From Candidatus Saccharibacteria bacterium oral taxon 488 (lineage in GTDB: Bacteria; Patescibacteriota; Saccharimonadia; Saccharimonadales; Saccharimonadaceae): a stretch of DNA of 32,000 nt. The position numbers and the translations under genes were made by a program. Below the pieces are notes generated by a model. The model was not told where the DNA came from and searched no databases. It saw only the letters and a program-made list of their open reading frames with translations. Position 1 is the first letter of the stretch. Every line of letters starts with the position of its first letter. Below are positions 23,942 to 32,000 of this stretch, piece after piece. Location of the stretch: positions 810,001-842,000 of the forward strand of contig CP047921.1 of NCBI GenBank assembly GCA_010202845.1, written 5' to 3'.

Positions 23942-25306
23942 CTACGAGCGGCGGCCTTCTTTCTTTGGTTGGCTTAATATTATCGTGAATAGTCCGGACA
24001 GTATCGCCGCAAAAACCGACCAATACATATACCGATAATCAACCGCCACCGCCATAGGAAAGTATGCCACGATATATATAAGACCCGACAAAGCCACCGC
24101 ACGGATAAAGCGTCGCTGTACCTGTTCTCGTATTCTCCCGCTCTTATAGTAAATGAAGACAAGGACAGCAAGATATAGCCACGGCTGGAAAATCAGAGGG
24201 ATATTCGCCTGAGCGCCGCCTTTAACATATGCCGCTAGACCACTAACGGCATATTCATTCTTTACCGCGGCACCGACCTGATTTTGCTCAATGCCGGGCT
24301 GAAAAATATACATACGCTCTGGTTGTGGAAAAAGAAATATCGAAAAAGTTGCCAACCGATATGATGCATATTTTATTGGATGTCTTACGATCGTCAATAG
24401 CCAATCATTAAATACACCTTGATGTTCATTTTTGAGTGCTTCTCGCTGGGCGGCCGTTGTACATATGATATAAGAATTCATAATATCTTTTGTTTTATCG
24501 CGACAGGTGTCATGGATTTTTTTGTACATAGACCACCGACCGTGATGTTCTCTATCAAGATTAGCAACGTGAACTATATCGTCAAGCTGCACAGCGGTAA
24601 TTGGATGAGTTTTTTCACTAGGCTGATTAATGACAGCAGTGACACCAATCGTCACTATTAAACCCGCCGCTATACAGGCAAAACCGCCCCATACAGGAAG
24701 TCGCTTGGTAAATAATCTCGGTAGCACAAACAAGATAGGCAGCACCGCAAATAATGCGTTATATCGTAACATGCCGGCATAGAGAATCAATAACAGCGCC
24801 AGTCCGACAATACCATACTTAACAGTACGTCCTAGTGGTTTTTTACTGCTTATGATGAACCAGATGAGGATTACCGCCAACGTCAGACTGAATGCCATCT
24901 GAACATCTTTCCATATTACGCCAGCAATGTTCACTATATTAGGCAGTAGCAAAATCATGTAGGTAGAAAGAGCCCATGCGCGATTACGAGTGTGCCGATA
25001 CACGAGAATCGACAGCACAAACATAGCCGTAACAAGTAGTACCAGCTGAAAAATCAACATAGATGAAATGTGGCCAGTTACTCTAATCAGAAATCCCCAC
25101 AGCCGCGTCATCACTGGCGGATGCCAATCAGTAAGGTGAGCTACGCCCGTGGCTTGCTCAAGGTGGCTGATGGAGTCGGGCGACATATATCCAGGATAGA
25201 AAACAATAACAAGTAGCGCTAGCATACACACTGCTACTAACGCAGACTGGATGTGAAATTTTGAGAGGCTATTTTTTATGCTTGCGATATTTACCGGCCA
25301 CCGCAT
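23942..25306 (-). CDS. GT-C fold (PMT/ArnT-like) polyprenyl-phosphate-sugar-dependent glycosyltransferase, 454 aa
   Basis: The first extracytoplasmic loop is YPGYMSPDSISHLEQATGVAHLTDWHPPVMTRLWG (an Asp-containing loop plus HPP, as in the PMT_2/ArnT families). About 11 TM segments are visible. It is the last gene of the overlapped operon. Confidence 0.7.
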   Translation of the reverse strand: MRWPVNIASIKNSLSKFHIQSALVAVCMLALLVIVFYPGYMSPDSISHLEQATGVAHLTDWHPPVMTRLWGFLIRVTGHISSMLIFQLVLLVTAMFVLSILVYRHTRNRAWALSTYMILLLPNIVNIAGVIWKDVQMAFSLTLAVILIWFIISSKKPLGRTVKYGIVGLALLLILYAGMLRYNALFAVLPILFVLPRLFTKRLPVWGGFACIAAGLIVTIGVTAVINQPSEKTHPITAVQLDDIVHVANLDREHHGRWSMYKKIHDTCRDKTKDIMNSYIICTTAAQREALKNEHQGVFNDWLLTIVRHPIKYASYRLATFSIFLFPQPERMYIFQPGIEQNQVGAAVKNEYAVSGLAAYVKGGAQANIPLIFQPWLYLAVLVFIYYKSGRIREQVQRRFIRAVALSGLIYIVAYFPMAVAVDYRYMYWSVFAAILSGLFTIILSQPKKEGRRS

Positions 25307-26105
25307 AGAATAACACCTTCAGAACGTGCATGTTCCCCTTAATTGGGCTGATTTTTGTTGGTGTCTTGCCCTTCTTCGGATAGGTTCGTACCACTGGCGT
25401 TTCGGCCGTTTTATATTGTTTGCGGCGGCTACTCTCGATAGCGAGGTAGTAATGAAGCTCATAGGTTTGAAATATATCACGGAATACGGCAATATCTGGG
25501 TCTTTAAGTAGCTTTGCACTGTAGGCGCGGAATCCATTTGTGGTATCGGTATGCCTCTTACCAGCCGCAAGACTTATCAGCGGCGCATGAATAAGATGAA
25601 GACCTATCTCTCTCGAAAGCGGTGTGTTTACCGCCTTACCACCTGGTATAAACCGTGAGCCCTGAATGTGGTCATATCCTTGGTCAAGCAGCTTAATAAA
25701 GTCAGGAATTCTCTCTATACTATCCTTGCCGTTGCCATCAACAACGACCACTCCTTCATAACCCTCAGAAAGAGCCCAGGCAAACGCCATCCTCATCTGT
25801 GCGCTCAATTTGCCCTTGCCTTTTTTCGTCAACAAAGCGCGTACGTCTTGAGATTTCAAGAAATCAGCCTCAAGTGAACCATCAGTGCTACCACCATCAG
25901 CTACTATAATGTCAATCTGTTTTGCTAACGGCTTCATTTTTTGTAATTGCTTCTGAATTCGCTCTCCTTCATTAATGACGAAAACACACACGCAATATTT
26001 GTGCTTTTTCTTGTTTATTTCATTTACTTCAAAGTCTGGAAACTCCCACTCCGGATGGTCTTGACGAATATGATCTTGTTTATTGACTACGGGGGTTTTT
26101 GTCAT
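25269..26105 (-). CDS. GT2 glycosyltransferase, Dpm1/polyprenol-phosphate-sugar synthase-like, 278 aa
   Basis: CVCVFVINEGERI, IIVADGGSTDGS, VVVDGNGKD, QGSRFIPGG and TNGFRAYS blocks are collinear with dolichol/polyprenol-phosphate mannose synthase-type GT2 enzymes. The C-terminus is basic. Confidence 0.8.
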   Translation of the reverse strand: MTKTPVVNKQDHIRQDHPEWEFPDFEVNEINKKKHKYCVCVFVINEGERIQKQLQKMKPLAKQIDIIVADGGSTDGSLEADFLKSQDVRALLTKKGKGKLSAQMRMAFAWALSEGYEGVVVVDGNGKDSIERIPDFIKLLDQGYDHIQGSRFIPGGKAVNTPLSREIGLHLIHAPLISLAAGKRHTDTTNGFRAYSAKLLKDPDIAVFRDIFQTYELHYYLAIESSRRKQYKTAETPVVRTYPKKGKTPTKISPIKGNMHVLKVLFYAVAGKYRKHKK

Positions 26106-27106
26106 GATGCAATATTCTTCCTTTCTGCATTTGCTAGTGACGTTGTACTACTTAGCTCATCAAGCACATAATACCGAGCATCCCGCCGTGATTCCACTAA
26201 TATCTTGCCAATATATTCGGACAGAATCACCATAAATAAAAATAGGATGAAAAACATTCCTGATAGCTCAAGCGACGTCGACACCCAGCCCTCAGCAACA
26301 TTCTTTTTGGTAAGGGCTATGATTACAACATAAAGCGCATACACCAAGTTCACAACACTGGCAAAGAACCCAACCCACGACATAAAGCGGAGCGGATGCG
26401 TCGAGTGGCTGGTAATGATATCGAGCGCCTCTAGTGTCCCCCGCCCGAAGCCATGTTTTTTTACAGGATCAACCAGAGGTGAATAGGTATACTCGGTATA
26501 TGAATAGCCGATAGTCCTTATCATGTGCCGAATGTGGCTATCATGTCGAGTTGATAGAGTTATCGCTCGTATGGCACGACGATTAAGAGATATAAGATAT
26601 GTTGCTTGTAGTGGAATATCTATATTGATGTATTTACGATTATACCAATAAAACAACCTGCGACCGATACCAGATTTTGACAAAAGGCGCTTTGTGGTTA
26701 TGTCGGCAACACCCTGCACGATATCGTGTTTTTTATTCGCCTCAACAATGTTCATTACATCCTCTATGCCGTCAATAGCGGGATTAGTTACTACCGCATA
26801 ATCGCCAATCGCCCCCTCGAGACCAGCAATAATGGCGATGTCATATGTGTATTGTCGAGAGAGGCGGATAAGCCGCATACACGGTAATTCATCAAGGAGT
26901 CCACTAACAGCAATCACACTATTTTGACTCAAATCATTATCGACAATTATAATCTCATAATTTGTGTAGCTACCCATTAATCTCTGTGAGAGCCTGCGAC
27001 AATAGTCGGGAAAACCATCAAAGTCGCACGTTACGACAATAACCGACACAAAGATGTCTTGTTTACTCGATTTTTTATTTGTCTTAGTTGAACTATTTCT
27101 TGCCAT
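26102..27106 (-). CDS. GT2 glycosyltransferase, GtrB/ArnC-like (polyisoprenyl-phosphate glycosyltransferase with a C-terminal TM pair), 334 aa
   Basis: An N-terminal GT-A domain (VSVIVVTCD, YEIIIVDNDLSQNS) is present. Two C-terminal TM helices (FMSWVGFFASVVNLVYALYVVIIAL; MFFILFLFMVILSEYIG) are followed by RRDARYYV, as in GtrB-type enzymes. Confidence 0.82.
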   Translation of the reverse strand: MARNSSTKTNKKSSKQDIFVSVIVVTCDFDGFPDYCRRLSQRLMGSYTNYEIIIVDNDLSQNSVIAVSGLLDELPCMRLIRLSRQYTYDIAIIAGLEGAIGDYAVVTNPAIDGIEDVMNIVEANKKHDIVQGVADITTKRLLSKSGIGRRLFYWYNRKYINIDIPLQATYLISLNRRAIRAITLSTRHDSHIRHMIRTIGYSYTEYTYSPLVDPVKKHGFGRGTLEALDIITSHSTHPLRFMSWVGFFASVVNLVYALYVVIIALTKKNVAEGWVSTSLELSGMFFILFLFMVILSEYIGKILVESRRDARYYVLDELSSTTSLANAERKNIAS

Positions 27107-28208
27107 ATAGCTTGTCTAACTCCTCGTACACATCGTAAATATTATCTAGCTTACCGCCCATTATACAAACATACCCGTTGTAACCCAAGTGGGCCTTAAA
27201 CAAAATAGGACGGCTATCATCATCTTCACTCTTAACGAGCACTGTCTTTACCTCAACGATCGACTCCTCGTATTTCATGTCCTTGAGGGCTGGGATAAAA
27301 CGCACCACGTCGTTATACATTTGTTTATAATTACTCTGAAAAGAACTTTTGTCGAGATAGGCGTGTGTGTCAATTTTTTCAGCCGGCGTATCCTCGTTGT
27401 CAACCCATGACTCGTGCGGCGTATACCTGACATGAGAGAGTGTATATAATCCCCTGGAGGGAAACGGCATAATAGAGAAAAACGGACCGTCCATCACCGT
27501 AATACTAAAGTCCTTTAGATGCTCCGGCAAGCTCACCAAACACATCTCTGTAACTTCATGCTTCAAGCCAACAAGCGGTATATTTGATGCACGATGGAGC
27601 GTGTTAATGTTAGCATACGTGCAATTTAATACGAAGTCGCCCCTGAATTTGCCACCATTAGTAATAACGCACAGTCCATCTGGCGTTTCATCAATCATCG
27701 TAACGCGACAGCCAGTGTGAAGCGTTATTCCCGGACGATCGTTAATTTGCCGTAGTAAGTCGTCTCTCAGGGCGTGGGCATTAAAGGCATATTCTTTAAC
27801 CTTAAAAACTTCTTCAATGAGATTTTTATTAAACATTTTTTGAATGTTTGGCGGAGCTACCGCTATATCTGCCTCGATCTTATCCGCAAAATTCTTGAAT
27901 TGATGCGCATTAACCTTGGATAGATGCTTGGCAACAGCATAGTATTTATTAAAATCTGAATGAATTGCCGTCCCAAACTGTTTTGTAAAGCGCGGAAAAT
28001 TAACTGCCGAACGATATCCCGTTAGAATACTTCTAGGGTAGTGGTAGCCATTGTGTACCCTAGCCTGATTAACATATGACGCCCGAGTCATTGTCTGTTT
28101 TTCTTTCTCTAAAATATCAATATTCTTGACACCCAGGGTGTCGTACAGGTACAGCGCTACACTCAATCCATAAAAACCACCGCCAATTATCACCGTTTTG
28201 TTACGCAC
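27093..28208 (-). CDS. FAD-dependent oxidoreductase (DAO/GlpD-LhgO-like Rossmann family), about 371 aa
   Basis: VIIGGGFYGLSVALYL (GxGxxG) and ASYVNQARVHNGYHYPRS (the xHxGxxY pattern of DAO-family dehydrogenases) support the call. I propose the start at GTG 28208, preceded by GGAGA, rather than ATG 28250. It overlaps both neighbouring genes. Confidence 0.82.
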   Translation of the reverse strand: MRNKTVIIGGGFYGLSVALYLYDTLGVKNIDILEKEKQTMTRASYVNQARVHNGYHYPRSILTGYRSAVNFPRFTKQFGTAIHSDFNKYYAVAKHLSKVNAHQFKNFADKIEADIAVAPPNIQKMFNKNLIEEVFKVKEYAFNAHALRDDLLRQINDRPGITLHTGCRVTMIDETPDGLCVITNGGKFRGDFVLNCTYANINTLHRASNIPLVGLKHEVTEMCLVSLPEHLKDFSITVMDGPFFSIMPFPSRGLYTLSHVRYTPHESWVDNEDTPAEKIDTHAYLDKSSFQSNYKQMYNDVVRFIPALKDMKYEESIVEVKTVLVKSEDDDSRPILFKAHLGYNGYVCIMGGKLDNIYDVYEELDKLYGKK

Positions 28209-29565
28209 GTTTTCTCCATTTTTTAACCATATTGCCAACATACAAACCAACTATCATATAGACAAACAGAAGTAGCGGCATATAAAATACGATACCGTTA
28301 ATGTGAGCATGTGGCAAGGCATGTCCAGGCATAAGAATTAACCAACTCAGCGCCCCAGCTAATGAAATGTGTAACGACCATAGGAATGAACGATAATACT
28401 TGAAGGACGGGTGTCGCCTCTTAAGATAGAATAACACTAAATACCCCACAAGTACCCAAACGAGTATCGACTGAACGATCTCACCAAACACCCCCTTGAT
28501 CGACAGCGGCAAGCTCAGTGCCGGCAATAGTACATAGTTACCTGCGTTTATTGCTAGATACTGATATGTTGAGCCTCTATCTTTTGCCAGCTCCTCCATA
28601 TTAATGAATCGATTGGCAAATTTATACGATTCAGGTAGAAGCGTCTTTAAGTTACCAACAGCATGTGTTCGCATCTTTCGAATTCCCGAAAGCCCTCTCT
28701 CCGATGCCCGCTCATTAATCATCTTGAGAGCGGTGTCTGAGGAGTGATAGTAATCAGAGAGTGCCATAAAGTTGGTTGCGTACGCACCAACAAAGGCCAC
28801 AACAACCACGATACATGTCATGACGGCGTGCTTCCAGAGGCTGATAACTTTTTGTTTATTATTGACGAGTTCAAAGAATATGATTGGTACAAATACAGAT
28901 ATAGCAATTGTTGATATATACTCATAGCCGCCCAGAAGTTTTAAGAATAGCAATATGGTTTCACCGAGGTAGAATAGCCACATTTTCTTTGATGACTTAC
29001 AGTATGAGTAACTCAGAAAGGCAAAGGTAAACGGAGCAAACATGAGCGGCTCTATCCAGTACATGTTTTGGGCGTAGCCGACAATCCACGGGCTAAATGC
29101 AACCAGTATCGCGAATACTGCTGCAGCAACAAAACCAAATAATTTCCTAACCCTAAGAGCTACCAGAGCCATAATGACCGCCATGACCGCGGACAGGACC
29201 ACGTTAACCTTCTTAAAATACGATGGTAGTTTTGCACTATCTTTTGGCGCCAACGCCGTAATTATTCTCGCCTGCAGACCATATTGCGAAGCATAGGGTT
29301 TGAGCAGGCTGGCGTCGCAATCTTCAGCCATCATAACTGAATTATAATCTTCATTTTTAGTGACGATTAGTGGTCCGCTATAGCTAGATTTTTCCTTACA
29401 ACGAGCTGTTTTTTCTATTATGGCTGATGAGTCGCGCTGAAAACCATCAAACCATTCGCGCCACAAACCGACTCCAAAAATATTACCAAAGAAAGATAAA
29501 AACAAAACTCCCCAGACAACTCCAAAAAACAGTATGCTCTTTTTTCGCTCCATAATACTTACCAT
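28201..29565 (-). CDS. Polytopic membrane protein of unknown family (about 11 TM with a roughly 90-aa loop after TM1), 454 aa
   Basis: The hydrophobicity pattern supports a membrane protein. It is the first gene of the five-gene overlapped operon. I recognise no motif. Confidence 0.65.
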   Translation of the reverse strand: MVSIMERKKSILFFGVVWGVLFLSFFGNIFGVGLWREWFDGFQRDSSAIIEKTARCKEKSSYSGPLIVTKNEDYNSVMMAEDCDASLLKPYASQYGLQARIITALAPKDSAKLPSYFKKVNVVLSAVMAVIMALVALRVRKLFGFVAAAVFAILVAFSPWIVGYAQNMYWIEPLMFAPFTFAFLSYSYCKSSKKMWLFYLGETILLFLKLLGGYEYISTIAISVFVPIIFFELVNNKQKVISLWKHAVMTCIVVVVAFVGAYATNFMALSDYYHSSDTALKMINERASERGLSGIRKMRTHAVGNLKTLLPESYKFANRFINMEELAKDRGSTYQYLAINAGNYVLLPALSLPLSIKGVFGEIVQSILVWVLVGYLVLFYLKRRHPSFKYYRSFLWSLHISLAGALSWLILMPGHALPHAHINGIVFYMPLLLFVYMIVGLYVGNMVKKWRKRA

Positions 29566-29570
29566 ATAGT

Positions 29571-29576
29571 ATCATA
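29571..29576 (-). promoter_or_regulatory. -10-like TATGAT 5 nt upstream of ATG 29565
   Basis: The minus strand reads aagtTATGATactatATG. There is no Shine-Dalgarno sequence. Confidence 0.35.
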
Positions 29577-29608
29577 ACTTAACAATAGACTAAAGTGACT
29601 ACCTAAAT

Positions 29609-29614
29609 TATAAT
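29609..29614 (+). promoter_or_regulatory. -10 TATAAT 6 nt upstream of ATG 29621; predicted leaderless
   Basis: The plus strand reads cctaaatTATAATagcgtcATG. There is no Shine-Dalgarno sequence. Confidence 0.45.
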
Positions 29615-29620
29615 AGCGTC

Positions 29621-31759
29621 ATGAAACCACTTTTATCTATCATCGTTACCGCCCATCACGAGGGCCTTATTGCTCATAAAACTATGCGCTCCATTGAACG
29701 TGCTGTTAGCCTGCTTCGTGATAGCGATATTTCTTACGAAATAATTATATCAATTGACCGTGGCGATGAAGAAACAATTCGCTACTTCAGTAATTATACC
29801 GCTCTACCGATCGCTATACACCAATGGGATCATGGCGACCTCGCACAGTCTCGCAATAGTGCAATCACCAGGGCACATGGTCGTTTTATCGCATTTATTG
29901 ACGCGGATGATTTAATGAGCGCTAACTGGTTGCGCGATGGTGTACAATTTTTAACAGCCCATTCCTATGGTAAGTACGTTGCTCATAGCGCATATACTAT
30001 TGAGTTTGAGGGGGCGAGCGCCATTGTCGAAAAAGTCGGCCATACTAACAAAGACCGCGACACCCTGCTGAGTGTACTTTCGGGACGATGGAACTCGGTC
30101 ATTATTGCGCCAAGTACTTTACTTCGCCAATTCCCATATACACCAAATAGCCCCGGATATGGCTACGAGGATTGGTTTATGAGCTGTCAGTTCATCCAGC
30201 ATGGTGTCAAAAATGTCCTCATTCCGGAAACCGCTATCTTTGTTCGCCGTAAGGCCACCGGCTCGGAATGGGCACGTCAAAAAACTAGCCGCTCAGTGCT
30301 CCACGCCCACCCACTCTTTAGTCCATCGCACTTTCGTACCATCAAGCTTGACTCGGTTGCCACGCCTACCTCAGAGCAGCGGCGCCAAACGAAAAATACC
30401 ATTAAGGAATTGATGGTTCGTTCTCGCATCCCACTGGGGTTAGTCAAGCGACCGCTCGCAATTATCCGACGCGGACGCAATGTGCTCAAAAAAAAGAAGT
30501 CGACACCGGCGACCGAGGTGCTGCCAGCGTGGCTTGATGCTGAATGGCGAGCATTACATCATATTGAGAAACTAATTTTTCCACCACATCCATTGCCGAC
30601 AGTATACCACACAATTACTGATGATCATTATCGTGTTGGCTTGGCGTACTGGCAAATATGTCGTGATTTACGAAACGACACCTATGATTATGTGCTGTTC
30701 GTACCGTGGCTCAAGCGTGGTGGTGCTGATCTATTTGCTCTTAACTACGCCAACACCGCTGCATCACTCGGCAAGAAAGTTTTGGTTATTGCCACAAATG
30801 AAGTTGACGCTAATTACTCAGAGTGGCGACCACGCCTTAACATCGACGTAGATTTCGTGCCGTTTGGGACAATTACTCGATTTTTCCCTGCGGAGCAGAA
30901 ATATAGACTTCTAGAGCAACTGATCGAAAATATCCACGTGCCGGTGCTCCATATCCTCAATTCAGAGCTAGCCTATGATTTTGTGCGAGATCACGCAGTG
31001 TATATCAAGGCCACCGGCAAAAAAGTTATTGCTACATCCTATAGTCAAAGCACTGATGAAACCGGACGAGTGTTTGGCTTTTCGCACAGTCACCTACCGC
31101 AGGTCTATCACCTGCTGGCCGAGATAACTACCGACAATGAAGCCGTCAAGTCGATGTGGGTTAATGAATATGCTTATAACGCGGATATAATCACCGTTCA
31201 TCATCAGCCGCTTGATAGCAGTGCGTACACACCGATAACAGAGCTGGCCGGTCAAAGGCGGGTTCTTTGGGCGTCCCGCCTATCACCAGAGAAATTACCT
31301 CAATTAGTTGCAGTTATCGCTGATCTATTGCCTGATGATGTCCACATCGATATGTACGGTGATGCATCGAGCGAGTTTCCCGCCCATAAACTACCATCCC
31401 ATCCACGGGTTCATTATCGCGGTGGCTTTAATGGTGTACCGTCACTGCCTGTTGACAACTATGACGCTTTTCTCTATACATCGCTCTTTGATGGCATGCC
31501 AAATACACCAATTGAGATAGCCCTGTGTGGATTGCCGTTGGTGGCAGCGCGCGTTGGTGGAGTAGCAGACTTTGTTGGTGCATATGGACAGATTGTTGAT
31601 GATGTCACCAATCCAAAAGCCTACGCTGAAGCGTTAACTGTTGTTCTGGACAATCCCAAGACAGCGTTTGCTAACGCCCAAGCTCTGCGAAAGCAGGCAC
31701 TACGTAATTTTTCGCAGAAAAGGTTTTTGACGGAAGTAAGGCGCATGCTCAAGCGGTAG
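29621..31759 (+). CDS. Fused two-domain glycosyltransferase (N-terminal GT2 plus C-terminal GT4/GT-B), 712 aa
   Basis: The N-terminal part has LSIIVTAHHEG, YEIIISIDRGDEET and FIDADDLMS (DxD). The C-terminal part has LWASRLSPEKL and TSLFDGMPNTPIEIALCGLPLVAARVGG (an EX7E-like motif). Confidence 0.85.
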   Translation: MKPLLSIIVTAHHEGLIAHKTMRSIERAVSLLRDSDISYEIIISIDRGDEETIRYFSNYTALPIAIHQWDHGDLAQSRNSAITRAHGRFIAFIDADDLMSANWLRDGVQFLTAHSYGKYVAHSAYTIEFEGASAIVEKVGHTNKDRDTLLSVLSGRWNSVIIAPSTLLRQFPYTPNSPGYGYEDWFMSCQFIQHGVKNVLIPETAIFVRRKATGSEWARQKTSRSVLHAHPLFSPSHFRTIKLDSVATPTSEQRRQTKNTIKELMVRSRIPLGLVKRPLAIIRRGRNVLKKKKSTPATEVLPAWLDAEWRALHHIEKLIFPPHPLPTVYHTITDDHYRVGLAYWQICRDLRNDTYDYVLFVPWLKRGGADLFALNYANTAASLGKKVLVIATNEVDANYSEWRPRLNIDVDFVPFGTITRFFPAEQKYRLLEQLIENIHVPVLHILNSELAYDFVRDHAVYIKATGKKVIATSYSQSTDETGRVFGFSHSHLPQVYHLLAEITTDNEAVKSMWVNEYAYNADIITVHHQPLDSSAYTPITELAGQRRVLWASRLSPEKLPQLVAVIADLLPDDVHIDMYGDASSEFPAHKLPSHPRVHYRGGFNGVPSLPVDNYDAFLYTSLFDGMPNTPIEIALCGLPLVAARVGGVADFVGAYGQIVDDVTNPKAYAEALTVVLDNPKTAFANAQALRKQALRNFSQKRFLTEVRRMLKR

Positions 31760-31777
31760 TTGTCCGCAGTTGTCGCT

Positions 31778-32000
31778 CTACTCGCGCACCCTCATCTCCC
31801 CTCTAACCGCCTCATTACCAGTCTCAAGCGGTGGGGTAGCGTATTCATGCCAGGTGCGACCGTCAAAGGTAGAGAAATAGGCGCGGTAGACACCGACTGG
31901 GAAGGAACGAGTGGTCTTGAATTCTTGTTCTTGGTTAGGCTGAATGGTGGTTGGCCTGAGGCAGCCGAGATCGTAGTTTACTCCGTGCTGGTTGCGCATA
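31778..32000 (-). CDS. 3' end of a CDS of unknown function (may extend beyond the right edge)
   Basis: The frame is open from the window edge to the stop at 31778. The ATG at 31999 is probably internal. I recognise no motif. Confidence 0.4.
   Translation of the reverse strand, partial: MRNQHGVNYDLGCLRPTTIQPNQEQEFKTTRSFPVGVYRAYFSTFDGRTWHEYATPPLETGNEAVRGEMRVRE

Noticed and set aside
27093-28250. Naming the FAD enzyme UDP-galactopyranose mutase (Glf) or a DprE1 ortholog
   Set aside because: Only the generic GxGxxG motif and a vaguely Glf-like C-terminal GGKL..Y motif are shared. The xHxGxxY block points to DAO/GlpD-type dehydrogenases, and DprE1 belongs to the VAO fold. The analogy to DprE1 is functional speculation only. 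I also rejected the 28209-28250 extension in favour of GTG 28208.
23942-29565. Homology between the two membrane proteins that are both exactly 454 aa
   Set aside because: The equal length appears to be coincidence. The N-terminal loops and hydrophobic patterns do not align by eye.
1-32000. CRISPR arrays, IS elements, integrases/recombinases, toxin-antitoxin pairs, and known defence-system hallmarks (nucleases, helicases, STAND ATPases)
   Set aside because: Reading the ORF translations, I saw no spaced short direct repeats, no DDE/serine/tyrosine recombinase motifs, and no defence-type domains. The only mobility signal is the 114-nt diverged direct repeat.

Overview
This is a gene-dense bacterial chromosomal window with about 31 CDS and one tRNA. 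I recognise no rRNA, CRISPR array, transposase or integrase.

Left third (1-9200, all minus strand):
- A translationally coupled class III ribonucleotide reductase operon, nrdD-nrdG, is followed by an FNR-family flavoreductase and an acidic ORF of at least 605 codons with one four-Cys cluster. That ORF is absent from the supplied track because it runs off the left edge.
- Tandem NrdR-type boxes sit inside the nrdD promoter.
- Next come a two-kinase unit (APH-like plus P-loop kinase), an ABC-2 exporter pair and an ASCH-domain gene.

Middle (9347-11808):
- A lower-GC cassette carries a TetR regulator and a frameshifted, membrane-anchored FNR-like reductase.
- It is bracketed by a diverged 114-nt direct repeat of the 3' end of a small winged-helix gene.
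- It lies next to tRNA-Asn(GTT) and a regulator that has only the LexA N-terminal domain.

Right two thirds (11854-31759): a roughly 20-kb cell-envelope glycan locus that is compositionally mosaic.
- The high-GC module holds a Wzy/O-antigen-ligase-like gene, a WbaP-type priming transferase, two GT4 genes and a ManC-like gene.
- The lower-GC module holds an orphan protein, two paralogous TIM-barrel genes, an SDR, three large polytopic membrane proteins, two GT2s resembling polyprenyl-phosphate-sugar synthases, a DAO-family FAD oxidoreductase and a fused GT2-GT4.

Recurrent pattern: nine genes have a -10-like hexamer 5-7 nt upstream of the start codon and no room for a Shine-Dalgarno sequence, so they are predicted to be leaderless. 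Four of these hexamers carry an extended TGn.

The best candidates for an undescribed system are the five-gene overlapped operon 23942-29565 and the nrdDG-FNR-acidic Cys protein operon. The first combines lipid-linked sugar donor synthesis, FAD oxidation and GT-C transfer. All functional calls rest on motif recognition by eye; no database search was possible.
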